A DNA stretch of 64,000 nt from Thainema sp. (GTDB taxonomy: Bacteria; Cyanobacteriota; Cyanobacteriia; Phormidesmidales; Phormidesmidaceae): NCBI GenBank assembly GCA_052168235.1, contig JBQLZK010000006.1:96001-160000 (forward strand), read 5' to 3'. The first letter of the stretch is position 1; each line of letters begins with the position of its first letter. Shown piece after piece: positions 39,088 through 49,761 of the stretch. The notes beneath the pieces are model-generated. The model made no database searches. It was not told the origin of the DNA and worked only from the letters and a program-made list of their open reading frames with translations. Made by a program: the position numbers and the translations under genes.

Positions 39088-41487
39088 TTACCGTGTGAGG
39101 GCAATTTGCTGCGCGGTTGATTGAATTGTCGGTAGGGGCACTTCTGCAAAGTAGCGCTGCTGAAACTGATCTTCTGCGATCGCAGCTAAAAATATCTGTA
39201 AGGTATCCTCAAATTGCTGAGTCGCCCAAATTTCAGCAGTGGAGGGTGTCTGTTCAATTTGGATCTGATCGTCCTGTTCACTCACTTGAAAGCCAGCTAC
39301 AGCTAAGGTATCTAAGCCAAGCTGCAGAGTGCGATCGCAGATTTGAAACCGCTGTTTCAGTTGCGATCGCAAAATGGGCTGCTGAGTGCGACTTAAATAT
39401 TTGACAATACCGACGAGCTGTTGCCAGATCTGATTCGGTGGGATCAAGTTGGGTGGCGCATAGGCCATCGCCAGCGTTTGCTGAGATTTGGCAGCCTTTT
39501 GAACCCAAGGCATCAGGTCGTCCCAACTGCTGGGACAGTCGGTGATCACAATTGATGGATCAGCAGAATGAGATAGTGGGGAACTGGTTAAGGGCACGGT
39601 CTGCTCGATCGTTTGTCTGCCATTTCGCTGATCGACGATCCAATTAAATTCTAAGGATGAAGTCGGTGTGTGGCTGGTACGGCTGGGTTGAACATCGATC
39701 AGGCGAATTTCGTATTTCTTGCTGTAGGCATTGAAGTCGAGTTCTGCGATCGCATCACAGCGGCCTGGGGGCAAATCATCTTGATAGTGATCCCACCAAA
39801 TACCCGGAAAACCCACAGTACTGGAATCGTCATAAAGGGTGAATCTGGTTTTGAGATACTCTAGTTTTTGCCCCCGCAGGTCTTTGATCTTGGTGTTTCC
39901 TTCTCCTGCAAACCAGCAGTTTGTGATCAGGAGTCGAGGAACCGGATTGCCCATGCCATAGGGTTCCAGCAGCTTTAACTCGCGAAACAGATCTTTACCA
40001 AGTTCCGCAACCGTGACCTGTAAATCCGCTTGCAGCACGGGTACAGTCCTCACCTTAAACTGCTCAGGATGATGACGCAGCTGTTGGTTAATGCTGTCGG
40101 CAAACAGGGGGACGTTGTTGACGGGTAGCGACAGACCTGCGGCGAAGGGATGGCCGCCAAAGCGAGTCAGTAAATGCTCTTGCCCCTTCACCAGTTCGTA
40201 TAGATCGATGCCGTTGACCGATCGAGCTGAACCCCAGGCCATACGAGGTGTTGACAGTGCAGATTCTTCCACCGAGTTATCCGGTGCCAGGGCCTCTTGA
40301 TTCAGCAAAATCGCTGGCTTCCCCGTTGTCTGAGCGACTTGCCCTGCCGCTAAGCCGAGGATGCCAACCGGCCACTGTTCTCCCACCAGTACAACAACTT
40401 CAGTCGTAGACAAATCAATCTGAGCCAGCTGCTGCTCTACCTGGCGCATAACAGTACGCTGCAGTTCTTTGCGGCGTGCGTTGGCCAACTCAGTCTCTTC
40501 TGCCAGTTGCCGACAGCGCTGTGAGTCTTGACTGGTCAGTAACTCAACACAGAACCGGGCATCGCCATGCACGCGGCTGACAGCGTTAATTCGTGGCCCT
40601 AGGCCAAACGAAATGTCAGTCGGGCGATCCCCATTGCGCTTGCAGAGTTCTAGGAGCCGCGCTACACCGGGTCGGCGGGCTTGGCCAGTGAGGTTGCGCT
40701 GGAGCTGCTCAATGCCCAACTGCGCCAAATAGCGGCAGTCTCCTCGCAGCTCTACCAAATCAGCAATCAGGCCAATCGCTACCAGATCTAGCAAATCGGC
40801 TAGCGGACGCTGGGGAATCTCTGGTGCTTTTAGGTAGAGGGCTTCAACTAGCTTGTAGGCTACGGCAACACCCGATAGGGAGGCTAACGGATGCAGCGGC
40901 AGAAAGGAACGGGGATTCAAAATTGCTGTCACAGGTGGGCGCTGTTCCGGCAGCGTGTGATGATCGGTGACGATCACATCCATGCCCAGTGCGATCGCAT
41001 ATTCAATTTCCGCCTGATTGGTGCTACCCGTGTCGCAGGTGACAATCACATGGCAGTTTTGCTGGGCCAGTTGCTCAATTCCTAAGCGGGATAAACCGTG
41101 AGATTCGGTAAAGCGATTGGGAATGTAATAAATTAGCCGCTGATGCTGTGGGAAAAACTCACCCAGTCCATCCCATAGAACTGAAGTTGCCGTGACGCCA
41201 TCAGCATCAAAATCGCCCCAAATCGCGACTCGCTCCTGATTCTCAAGTGCTTGTATTAGTCGCTGAACCGCCCAGCGCATTTCATCGCCAAATTCCCACG
41301 GGCTGGTGGGTTGATATTGAGCCGGATCGAGAAAACCGACAAGGTAAGTGCGATCGCGGATTCCTCGCTGCCATAGTAGCTGAGCAGTGTAGCGCCCCGC
41401 ATCTGGATGAATCTGCTGAACGGTATCAATCCAGCCGCTTGGATAATCGGGGACGGAATAAACTTGCCACTGAAACGATGAACTCAT
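39088..41487 (-). CDS. recJ: Single-stranded-DNA-specific exonuclease RecJ
   Basis: GDFDADG, TCDTG, TDHH, GPRINA, GSARS, FGGHPFAAG, EPYGMGNP. Confidence 0.95.
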   Translation of the reverse strand: MSSSFQWQVYSVPDYPSGWIDTVQQIHPDAGRYTAQLLWQRGIRDRTYLVGFLDPAQYQPTSPWEFGDEMRWAVQRLIQALENQERVAIWGDFDADGVTATSVLWDGLGEFFPQHQRLIYYIPNRFTESHGLSRLGIEQLAQQNCHVIVTCDTGSTNQAEIEYAIALGMDVIVTDHHTLPEQRPPVTAILNPRSFLPLHPLASLSGVAVAYKLVEALYLKAPEIPQRPLADLLDLVAIGLIADLVELRGDCRYLAQLGIEQLQRNLTGQARRPGVARLLELCKRNGDRPTDISFGLGPRINAVSRVHGDARFCVELLTSQDSQRCRQLAEETELANARRKELQRTVMRQVEQQLAQIDLSTTEVVVLVGEQWPVGILGLAAGQVAQTTGKPAILLNQEALAPDNSVEESALSTPRMAWGSARSVNGIDLYELVKGQEHLLTRFGGHPFAAGLSLPVNNVPLFADSINQQLRHHPEQFKVRTVPVLQADLQVTVAELGKDLFRELKLLEPYGMGNPVPRLLITNCWFAGEGNTKIKDLRGQKLEYLKTRFTLYDDSSTVGFPGIWWDHYQDDLPPGRCDAIAELDFNAYSKKYEIRLIDVQPSRTSHTPTSSLEFNWIVDQRNGRQTIEQTVPLTSSPLSHSADPSIVITDCPSSWDDLMPWVQKAAKSQQTLAMAYAPPNLIPPNQIWQQLVGIVKYLSRTQQPILRSQLKQRFQICDRTLQLGLDTLAVAGFQVSEQDDQIQIEQTPSTAEIWATQQFEDTLQIFLAAIAEDQFQQRYFAEVPLPTIQSTAQQIALTR

Positions 41488-41627
41488 ATGCGATCGCTAC
41501 CGCGCCTTGAAGGGTTCAACTTCTATCTTGCCCCAAACTCATAAATAGCGATTGAGCCTGCGTAGATACGCAAGCTCAATCGTTTTACTCTAAATTACTC
41601 AACTCTAGGTTGCTCACAGCCGTATGT

Positions 41628-42581
41628 CTAAAGCATGACCGTGTCGCCCGTTACATCCAATCGTTTGAAGTTACTCAATACCATATACTGCTCAGCCAGC
41701 GCCTCAGATGCTTCGGGAGAGATCCAGCCCATTTGACGCAGCAGGTGCAGCGCTACTGCATGTTTGGCTCGCTTGGAACCGTCTAGCACCTTGATTGCAA
41801 GTCCTAACCCTTGACCTACTTTGCCAATGCACTGAATTCCTTCTGCACCTGCTTTACTAACCAGCTCTCCTTCACTCTTGCGCATGAGTTCCGTGTCAAA
41901 TTCCCTTTCTCCCGAAATCATCTCCGGATGATGGGTCATGGCCCGAATAATCCGCTCCATTTCCAAACTCGTGCCAGAAGACAACTGGGCATATAGCGTC
42001 GCCATTTGGCCTAGCTGCATGAAATACGTTGGCGCACCACAGTCATCATGAGCACAGATAAACTCATCCGCTGGCATCTTCAGCAAATCTGAAATCCGCG
42101 ACAGAATAAGCTGCTGCACCGGATGGTTGCGATCCAAATAGGAATTCAGGGGCCAGCCCTGCATTTGACAGACCGCTAGCATGCCCGCGTGTTTACCAGA
42201 GCAGTTGTGCTGGAGGGGGCTTCGCTTATCTGGCGGAATGGGGCACTGTAGTTCCGATGCATCGACATTAGCCCGCCACAGAACATGAAACGCCTGTCGC
42301 GCCTGCTCAATGTGTCCTCGATGAGAGCTACACATAATCGCCAAATCGCGATCGGAGAGCTGAAACCGCTCTAGCGCTCCGGTAGACGCGACGGCCAATG
42401 CTTGAAATGGCTTCAGCGCTGAGCGAATAAATGTGCCCGTTTCTGGATTACCTGCCACTGACAGCACCCGGCCTCGGTCGTCACAGACAACCGCTTCGAC
42501 ATGATGAACCGATTCAACAATGCCTTCTCGTAATAGTTGTACTTGCAGATCGTGGGTCTGCGTCCGTTTTCCCCTTGTCAT
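41628..42581 (-). CDS. Asparaginase II (AnsA-type) family protein
   Basis: REGIVES.H, RSALKPFQA, NCSGKHAGML, SKAGAEG; start at MTRGK. Confidence 0.9.
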   Translation of the reverse strand: MTRGKRTQTHDLQVQLLREGIVESVHHVEAVVCDDRGRVLSVAGNPETGTFIRSALKPFQALAVASTGALERFQLSDRDLAIMCSSHRGHIEQARQAFHVLWRANVDASELQCPIPPDKRSPLQHNCSGKHAGMLAVCQMQGWPLNSYLDRNHPVQQLILSRISDLLKMPADEFICAHDDCGAPTYFMQLGQMATLYAQLSSGTSLEMERIIRAMTHHPEMISGEREFDTELMRKSEGELVSKAGAEGIQCIGKVGQGLGLAIKVLDGSKRAKHAVALHLLRQMGWISPEASEALAEQYMVLSNFKRLDVTGDTVML

Positions 42582-42669
42582 GGCTAAGACTCTGACATAC
42601 TGCGATTTGATCTGCAATAACTTGTTCTAAAATCGTTGGCAATTGTAAGCCTAGTGCCCCCGTTCCGGC

Positions 42670-43167
42670 TTAAATGCAGCTCCAAATTGCAATACTCGCT
42701 AACCAAAAGGCAGCGACTCCCCCGAATGTGCGGCGCAAACGCTGAAAAATGGGCTCAATTTCGTAACTGACAATTAAGCGATCGCGGGTTAAAACTTCTT
42801 TCGGTTTGACCCAGGTTTGCCCATCGTACCAGCCTGACTCTTCATAGGGAATGACATCCTGAAACAAGCGGCTGCGGACATAGCGCCAGCCCAAATAGAG
42901 CTGCACCAGCGCCAGGCTCGGTAAAAATGAGGCTCCGGTCAATGTACTGAGGCTGAAGTGAATTGGTAGTTTTTCCCATGGAAAACTAACGGTTGCAATG
43001 GGAGCCGTGATAATACAGCCGATGAACCACAGAATGACAATAGGCTTAATGTAGCCGCTCACATTCCGAGTAGCCCATCCATAAAACCAAGACTCTTTCA
43101 AACCTTGATATTCATTGACGGGCTGCTGCTCGAATGGCACCGGGCAAACAGAGATAGGCGACTTCAT
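42670..43167 (-). CDS. CGLD27 / DUF1230 (Ycf36) family protein
   Basis: CPVPFEQQPVNEY, LYLGW.YV, YEESGWYDGQTWVKP. Confidence 0.92.
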   Translation of the reverse strand: MKSPISVCPVPFEQQPVNEYQGLKESWFYGWATRNVSGYIKPIVILWFIGCIITAPIATVSFPWEKLPIHFSLSTLTGASFLPSLALVQLYLGWRYVRSRLFQDVIPYEESGWYDGQTWVKPKEVLTRDRLIVSYEIEPIFQRLRRTFGGVAAFWLASIAIWSCI

Positions 43168-43262
43168 AATATTAGACAAGGCGACTCATCCCATAAAGCA
43201 GTTTGATCTTAAAGCAAGCCACTGTTGTTTTAGTGTAGCGAGAGAAGCGAACAGTAGGATGG

Positions 43263-45053
43263 TTATTCTTGAGTCTCACTCGAATCTGTACCGTCCGTAC
43301 CGTTAAAGTAAGCTTCTAAAACTTGCTTCACCATTGGTCCTGCAACGGAGCCGCCCCCACCTCCAGAATGTTCACCAAAGGCTACAACAACAATTTCAGG
43401 ATCATCCGTTGGCCCGTAGCCCCCAAACCAGGTATGACTTTCATTCGGTGGCGCTTCTGCTGTACCGCTTTTACCAGAGACGGGTGGTAACGTTGATGAG
43501 TTGAGCACGGTACCCGTACCGCCCGTGACAACGCGGCGCAATCCCTGCTCCAGAATACGGATCGTTTCTGGACTCATGTTGAGGGATTCGCGCCAATCGT
43601 CCGCCACCTCATCCGTTTTCATAAAGTGGGGCGTTACTTTGTAGCCACCATTGGCCGCTACTGCGAACATCACGGCAACCTGCAGCGGCGTTGATTGTAA
43701 ATAGCCTTGGCCAATGGACATGTTAATGGTGTCGCCCAAGTACCAACCTTCACCGATATTCTCCTGCTTCCACGCTTCATCGGGTACCAGTCCAGCCGAT
43801 TCTTCACTCGCAAGTTCAACTCCAGTTTTGGAGCCAAAGCCGTAACGGCGCGTCCACTGAATGAGCGGCTGTTCTCCCATACGGCGGGCAACCTGGTAAA
43901 AGAAGGTATCACTACTCCAGGCCATTGCCCCAGGAAATCCAAGCGGGCCAAATCCAGCATTATTCCAGTCCCAGAATTGAATGCCGCCAGCGGTAATGTA
44001 GGGATAGGTGGGCAACACTGTAGATGGAGAAAAGCTACCTGATTCAATGGCTGCTGTCGTGGTGATGATTTTGTAGGTACTGGCAGGTGGGTATGCCTGT
44101 AGTGCACGATTAACAAAAGGAAATTCGGCACTTTGGAGCTGTGCCCACTGCTCATCTGTGATGTAGGTCGAGAACAGATTGGGATCAAATGTGGGACGGC
44201 TCACCATTGCCAAGATACCGCCCGTATTAGGATCCATTGCGACGATAGCCCCGATGCGGTTGCCTAGAGCCTTTTCAGCCGCTCGCTGTAGTTTGAGATC
44301 GATGGTCAGCTGTACATCGTTGCCGGATTGAGAGGGCTTTTCACCAATGATTCGAATCACCTGACCCGCACCATCGACTTCAACTTGACGTCCGCCCCAC
44401 TCGCCACGCAACTGTGGCTCGAAGGCAGACTCGATTCCCATTTGGCCAACAACGTCTCCTAGCCGATAACCTTGGTCTTCTAGCTTAATCAGTTCTTCAT
44501 CGGTGAGTTCACCTGTGTAGCCTAAGACGTGGGCTGCCGTGTCGCCATAGGGATAGTTGCGCACTGCTTCCGCTTCAACTCCGACACCAGGCAGTTCACG
44601 ACTAAATTCTGCGATCGCAGTTGCTTGTGCTGGACTGATTCCTCGGGCAATCGGCACGAGCGATGGCGAAGTATAACCAGCCTGTTCCAGCTTGTCCCGA
44701 ATTTCATCCTCCGGGATTTCTAAAATTTTGGAAAGTCGTGCCACAATAATCGGCCATTCTTCCTCTTTTCGCTCAACTGGCCACAAGAACACCGCATAGG
44801 ACAGTCGGCTACCCGCCAGGATCTCGCCATTTCGATCCATAATTTTGCCCCGCTCTGGCCGACGTGGCATCAAACGGATGCGATTTTCCTCCGCTAGTTC
44901 CCGATTTCGCTGTCCTTCCACAAGTTGTAGATAGAACAAACGGGTGCCCATGCCAAGGAATAGAGCTAGACTCACCAGCAACATGACAATGACAGACTGA
45001 TAAGGTCGTCCAACTGTCTTGGTTGATTTTGCATCAAAGGAGGAAGAAGCCAT
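43263..45053 (-). CDS. mrdA: Penicillin-binding protein 2
   Basis: RGKIMDRNG, YPPASTYK (SxxK), SSD, KSGTAE. Confidence 0.93.
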   Translation of the reverse strand: MASSSFDAKSTKTVGRPYQSVIVMLLVSLALFLGMGTRLFYLQLVEGQRNRELAEENRIRLMPRRPERGKIMDRNGEILAGSRLSYAVFLWPVERKEEEWPIIVARLSKILEIPEDEIRDKLEQAGYTSPSLVPIARGISPAQATAIAEFSRELPGVGVEAEAVRNYPYGDTAAHVLGYTGELTDEELIKLEDQGYRLGDVVGQMGIESAFEPQLRGEWGGRQVEVDGAGQVIRIIGEKPSQSGNDVQLTIDLKLQRAAEKALGNRIGAIVAMDPNTGGILAMVSRPTFDPNLFSTYITDEQWAQLQSAEFPFVNRALQAYPPASTYKIITTTAAIESGSFSPSTVLPTYPYITAGGIQFWDWNNAGFGPLGFPGAMAWSSDTFFYQVARRMGEQPLIQWTRRYGFGSKTGVELASEESAGLVPDEAWKQENIGEGWYLGDTINMSIGQGYLQSTPLQVAVMFAVAANGGYKVTPHFMKTDEVADDWRESLNMSPETIRILEQGLRRVVTGGTGTVLNSSTLPPVSGKSGTAEAPPNESHTWFGGYGPTDDPEIVVVAFGEHSGGGGGSVAGPMVKQVLEAYFNGTDGTDSSETQE

Positions 45054-45127
45054 AGATTTGTCGTACAGCTAGCTGAGTATCCGGTTATTGTGTAGCCGGG
45101 GACTTAAAGTGGATGATGAAACGGATC

Positions 45128-45180
45128 TGTTACAGACACCGTTACAGAACTGTTACATAATTATTCCGTCTTTTGTAACA
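45128..45180. promoter_or_regulatory. Putative transcription factor site array upstream of mrdA
   Basis: GTTACA at 45129, 45141 and 45152, plus inverted TGTAACA ending at 45180. Confidence 0.4.
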
Positions 45181-45281
45181 GCAACGAAACATTCTTTCTA
45201 GAATAGCGTTCCATCTGGAATTCTGGGGGAGCCATCCTGTCTAGACCGAATATCTAGCAATCTGCTTGCAGCAGAACCTCC

Positions 45282-45382
45282 ATATAGCCTTTTCTGGGCT
45301 AATAGGGGAGTTATTTTTGGGAAGCCGTGCGGAGCACGGCTTCCCAAAAATAACTCCCCTATTAGCGCAAGAATCGCTATAT
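45282..45382. mobile_element. TATAGC-ended palindromic MITE-like element
   Basis: ATATAGC...GCTATAT termini; perfect 33-bp arms 45298-45330 / 45334-45366 around a GGA loop. Confidence 0.7.
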
Positions 45383-45772
45383 ACCTATTCGTATTCGTAA
45401 CCTATGCATCCGTAGGCTGCGTCTCTTACCAAGACGCAAATAAAACGCAAATTAGTTTTACCCATAGAGCAAAGTGGGTATTCTAAAATCACTAAACTAT
45501 CCTGACTATCTTTTAGATGACGGTAATTAAGCTCAAATAGTTCTGACGGGTTGGGTCATGTCCGCTCGACTAAAGGCCACAATTTTCAGTGATTTCTTGC
45601 GATCTATTGCATCATTTGAGCAACCCCTGTAAAAATCAATAAAAATCTGCCTTAAGGAGCTAATTATGCAGACCGAGCAATAAGTACTGCTCTGGTTATG
45701 CATAAATCATACTGTTAAGTCGTCGCGCGGATTGGAGTCATCCAACCGAGCACTATCGCACCTACCCCAACT

Positions 45773-46912
45773 ATGTCCCAAACTGCCGCGCTTCATTCAT
45801 CACTTGAACAAACCCACGATCGTCTTGATGTCCAGCTACGTCAGGTATCGAAGGTTTTCAATGGTGAGTATGCCGTCGAATCCATTGACCTGGATATTCG
45901 CAAAGGTGAATTTTTCAGTATTCTCGGCCCATCCGGCTGTGGTAAGACCACGACCCTGCGCCTGATTGCTGGATTTGAAGATCCCTCAAGTGGAAACTTG
46001 ATGATTCAGGGACAGGCGATGAATCGGGTGCCAGCCTATCGGCGTCCGGTCAACACTGTGTTTCAAAGCTATGCCCTGTTTAACCACATGACGGTATGGG
46101 ATAACGTAGCCTTTGGCTTGCGGATTAAGGGACAGACTCGCTCAGAAATCCGAGAACGAGTTGGAGAAGCGCTCCAGCTTGTGAAAATGGATTCTTTTGC
46201 TCGACGGTATCCTCGCAATCTATCCGGTGGTCAGCAGCAGCGGGTGGCCTTAGCGCGGGCACTGGTGAATCGACCTGCGGTTGTGTTGTTGGATGAGCCG
46301 TTGGGAGCTTTAGACTTAAAGCTGCGCAAGGAAATGCAGGTCGAATTGTCCAACCTACATCAGCAGCTTGGCGTCACGTTTGTGATGGTGACGCACGATC
46401 AGGAAGAAGCACTCTGTTTGTCCGATCGCATTGCCGTGATGCATAACGGTCACATTGAGCAAATTGGCACGCCGAGCGAAATTTACGACTATCCCAAGAC
46501 GCCGTTCGTAGCTGACTTTATTGGGGATACTAACCTGATGAGCGGTGAGGTAGCCCATACCGATGCCGCCATGCTCAAAGTCAAAACTCAAACTGGCTTG
46601 GATGTGATGGTGAAACTACTTGGGCAGGGAATCACCTTGGGCACAACTGAGTCAGTGGTGGTCAGCGTCCGACCCGAAAAGATTCAGCTCAGCCTAGATC
46701 CGCCAGCTCATCAGATGGATAACTGCTTTGAAGGACAGTTGAAGCATGTGATGTACCTGGGGACTCACATGCACTGTTTGGTACAGCTCGCATCGGGCGA
46801 TCATATTACGGTGCTGCAGCCGAATAAGGTGGGGGCACTTCTAGAAACTCATCGGTCTGTCTATGCCTACTGGGATGCGGCAGACTGTCGCGCCCTTAGC
46901 TCTTCGGCGTAG
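45773..46912 (+). CDS. potA: Spermidine/putrescine ABC transporter ATP-binding protein
   Basis: GPSGCGKTT, VFQSYALF, LSGGQQQR, LLDEP, TOBE domain. Confidence 0.93.
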   Translation: MSQTAALHSSLEQTHDRLDVQLRQVSKVFNGEYAVESIDLDIRKGEFFSILGPSGCGKTTTLRLIAGFEDPSSGNLMIQGQAMNRVPAYRRPVNTVFQSYALFNHMTVWDNVAFGLRIKGQTRSEIRERVGEALQLVKMDSFARRYPRNLSGGQQQRVALARALVNRPAVVLLDEPLGALDLKLRKEMQVELSNLHQQLGVTFVMVTHDQEEALCLSDRIAVMHNGHIEQIGTPSEIYDYPKTPFVADFIGDTNLMSGEVAHTDAAMLKVKTQTGLDVMVKLLGQGITLGTTESVVVSVRPEKIQLSLDPPAHQMDNCFEGQLKHVMYLGTHMHCLVQLASGDHITVLQPNKVGALLETHRSVYAYWDAADCRALSSSA

Positions 46913-47272
46913 TACTTGGTCGTTATCTACTCGCTATGCATTAGTAGAGCTGAGCATTAGTGCATAATTAGATTTGAAAACCAAATCTTGTCCTCGGATT
47001 GGGCTGAATTGTATAAAAAACGTGTCGAGTTGGCAAATCACCCCGGTAGACTATACAGAAATTTGTTGCTTTCTAGGTGCTGCATGGCTGGTGTGCCGCA
47101 GTTTTGTGAGGAGTTGCGGAGTTTTTTGCAACTTGGTGACCTAGTATTGGCTTTAGCTTTTGTTGATCAACAAGCTGACCTAATAGGCTAATCGGTGATT
47201 TGCCCCTAATTGATCCAACCCGCGATCGCATATTGTCAAAGCACTGTCCTATAAAGATTCCGGGAGGAAATA

Positions 47273-48448
47273 GTGCGTTCAAACTATCCCCAAAAACAGT
47301 TCTATGGTGGTCAGGCTCGTCGCTTTGCCTCCACGCGACGGCATTTTTTACAGGGTTCAGCAGCGGCTTTGACAGCCGTGCTGCTGTCCAATTGCCAACG
47401 CGGAGTTTCGGATGTGCAGTCGGGAGATACTGAATCAGACGCAACCGCAGCCAATGGTTCGGCTGGTGGCGATGCAGAAACGCTGCATGTCTATACCTGG
47501 GCAGACTATACCGATGATGAATTGGCCAAACGCTTTACTGAGGCTACCGGCTATCCCGTTGTCATCGATATCTATGATTCCAACGAGACGATGCTGGCCA
47601 AGATGCTAGCTGGCGGCGGCAATGCCTACAGCATTATCTATCCGTCTGACTACACCGTTGAAATTATGCGGGATGAGCATGACATGCTCACGGAGCTGGA
47701 TAAGTCGCAAATCAAAGGCTTGGATCAGCTAAACGAGAAGTGGCAAAGTCCGGTTTATGACCCCAACAATACCCACAGCGTGCCAATTAGCTGGGGGACG
47801 ACGGGTTTGCTCTACAACACCGAATTAGCGACTGGCGAACCAGAAGACTGGACGTATCTATGGGAAAACCAAGAGGCTTTATCCCGCCGGATGTCGCTGC
47901 TGGATGATGCGCGGGAAACAATGGGTGCGGTGCTGCGCTCTCTGGGCTATTCCTACAACTCGACCGATCCGGCTGAGATTGAGGAAGCCTATGAGCGGTT
48001 GAGAACATTGAAACCTGCGATCGCATCTTTCCAGTCCTTTGGTTATGAAGATCAGCTGATTGGTGGCGACCTGATTGTGGCGATGGCCTACTCGGTAGAT
48101 GCGATCGCGGCGTCGCTGGAAAATCCGCAGTTGAACTACATTGTGCCCAGCAGTGGCTCATCGGTCTGGACGGATACGATGGTGATTCCTAAGAATGCGC
48201 CGAATCCAGAGGCAGCCTATGCCTGGATCAACTTTATGCTCCAGCCTGAGATTTCTGCTCTAGCGGTTGAGCGACTGACGTTTGCGACACCGCTCAAGCC
48301 TGCTTTTGAGCTGCTGCCAGAGGAATTGAAGCAGAATAACAAGCTGTTCCCATCTGAAGAAGTACTGGCTAATTGTGAAGGCATCGCGCCCGTGGGCGAT
48401 GCGGCTGAGCTGTACGATCAGTACTGGACAGAGATTACGAGCGCCTAG
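47273..48448 (+). CDS. potD: Spermidine/putrescine ABC transporter substrate-binding protein
   Basis: TRRHFL Tat motif plus LSNC lipobox; YTWADY, YDSNE, PSDY, WGTTG, WTD. Confidence 0.92.
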   Translation: MRSNYPQKQFYGGQARRFASTRRHFLQGSAAALTAVLLSNCQRGVSDVQSGDTESDATAANGSAGGDAETLHVYTWADYTDDELAKRFTEATGYPVVIDIYDSNETMLAKMLAGGGNAYSIIYPSDYTVEIMRDEHDMLTELDKSQIKGLDQLNEKWQSPVYDPNNTHSVPISWGTTGLLYNTELATGEPEDWTYLWENQEALSRRMSLLDDARETMGAVLRSLGYSYNSTDPAEIEEAYERLRTLKPAIASFQSFGYEDQLIGGDLIVAMAYSVDAIAASLENPQLNYIVPSSGSSVWTDTMVIPKNAPNPEAAYAWINFMLQPEISALAVERLTFATPLKPAFELLPEELKQNNKLFPSEEVLANCEGIAPVGDAAELYDQYWTEITSA

Positions 48449-48476
48449 GCAGATTGCTCTATATAATAGAGCGCTC

Positions 48477-48546
48477 TTAGGGGCAGGTTTAGCAGCATTC
48501 AATGCACGGCACTGAAGTCAGGATTGATTGCCAAACCTGCCCTTAC
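48477..48546. repeat. GTAG-type REP/REPIN-like element
   Basis: TAGGGGCAGGTTT...AAACCTGCCCTTAC; same layout as 25341-25407. Confidence 0.7.
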
Positions 48547-48616
48547 GGGCGTGCTTGGTGACGTGAGGAGTGGGCAGAAGGTGAGGAGTGAGGCGAGACG
48601 AGTGAGGCGTTTCCGG

Positions 48617-48646
48617 TCACTCAAAACTCAAAACTCAAAACTCAGC
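48617..48646 (+). repeat. Heptamer STRR array
   Basis: ACTCAAA repeated three times, preceded by G-rich GTGAGGA/GTGAGGC heptamers. Confidence 0.75.
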
Positions 48647-48715
48647 ACTAACCCCATCTGTCGTGCCAAATTGCAGAACTGATATAACTGCATCTTCCAT
48701 TGCATAGGTGAATCT

Positions 48716-49633
48716 ATGGCCGTTTCAAGTTCTCCGCCGCCGAGTTCTCAAACCGAAAGCTGGTTTGCGATCGCAAAATATCGCTTATCAAAGCTAATTC
48801 AACCACTGGTGCTACTCGCTCCGGCGGGACTGTGGCTGTTTCTGCTGCTGGTGCTGCCCACGGTGCTGATTTTAGACATCAGCCTAGTGCCTGGTTTACG
48901 GCCTGGATTACCCACCAATGGCTACGGCATCGGCAACTATCTGCAAATTTTGCAGCCCGTCTACATGCGGGTAATTGTGCGATCACTCTATTTTGCGGTT
49001 GGCACCACGCTGATTTGCCTGCTTTTGGGATTTCCAGTGGCCTACTGGATTGCAATCATGGCTCCCAAACGCTGGCAAAACCTGCTGCTAGTTGGCTTTA
49101 TCCTGCCGCTCTGGACATCGTCGCTGCTGCGAGCCTACGCCTGGATTAGCATTCTGCGACCGAGCGGCGTGTTGAATATGGTCTTGAGTACGCTTCATCT
49201 ACCGACTCAGGATTTGCTAAACCGAGAAGCGGCAGTATTCATCGGCATGACCTACAGCTTTTTGCCCTATATGGTGCTGATTCTGTACGCTTCGCTGGAG
49301 AAACTGGATCGTCGGCTGCTGGAAGCGGCGGCTGATTTGGGCGCAACCCCAACTCAAACCTTTCGTAAGGTCACGATTCCGCAAACGCTACCGGGAATTG
49401 CGGCAGGCAGCTTGCTCGTTTTCATCACCAGCCTCAGTGATTTTGTCGTGCCGGAACTGCTGGGCGGTGCCTCCAGCATGACCATTTCGCGCCTGATCTA
49501 CAACCAGTTTCTCGGCCAAACCCGCAACTGGGGCTTCGGCTCATCTCTGAGCATGGTGCTGATTTTTGCCGTTAGTATTGCGATCGCACTTCTACTTAAA
49601 TACGGCAGTCGCGATCCCGAAGCTCTGTCATAG
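48716..49633 (+). CDS. potB: Spermidine/putrescine ABC transporter permease
   Basis: LPLWTSSLLRAYAW, LPYMVL, LEAAADLGA (EAA loop). Confidence 0.92.
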   Translation: MAVSSSPPPSSQTESWFAIAKYRLSKLIQPLVLLAPAGLWLFLLLVLPTVLILDISLVPGLRPGLPTNGYGIGNYLQILQPVYMRVIVRSLYFAVGTTLICLLLGFPVAYWIAIMAPKRWQNLLLVGFILPLWTSSLLRAYAWISILRPSGVLNMVLSTLHLPTQDLLNREAAVFIGMTYSFLPYMVLILYASLEKLDRRLLEAAADLGATPTQTFRKVTIPQTLPGIAAGSLLVFITSLSDFVVPELLGGASSMTISRLIYNQFLGQTRNWGFGSSLSMVLIFAVSIAIALLLKYGSRDPEALS

Positions 49634-49683
49634 TGCAGGGTTATTTTATGTTTATCGAAAAATATCTAAAAGCACGACGTTAC

Positions 49684-49737
49684 GTAGGGGCGTTAGCGAA
49701 GCCATGCCCAAAGGGCTATATGGCCATTCGCCTCTAC
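49684..49737. repeat. GTAG-type REP-like element inside pot operon
   Basis: GTAGGGGCG...CGCCTCTAC. Confidence 0.6.
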
Positions 49738-49761
49738 CCAGCGCTGTTTACCAGTAACCCC

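Noticed and set aside
47105..47114. Second Yfr1-complementary site (TGTGAGGAGT) before potD
   Set aside because: About 160 nt from the start codon and similar to the GTGAGGA heptamer repeats, so probably chance.
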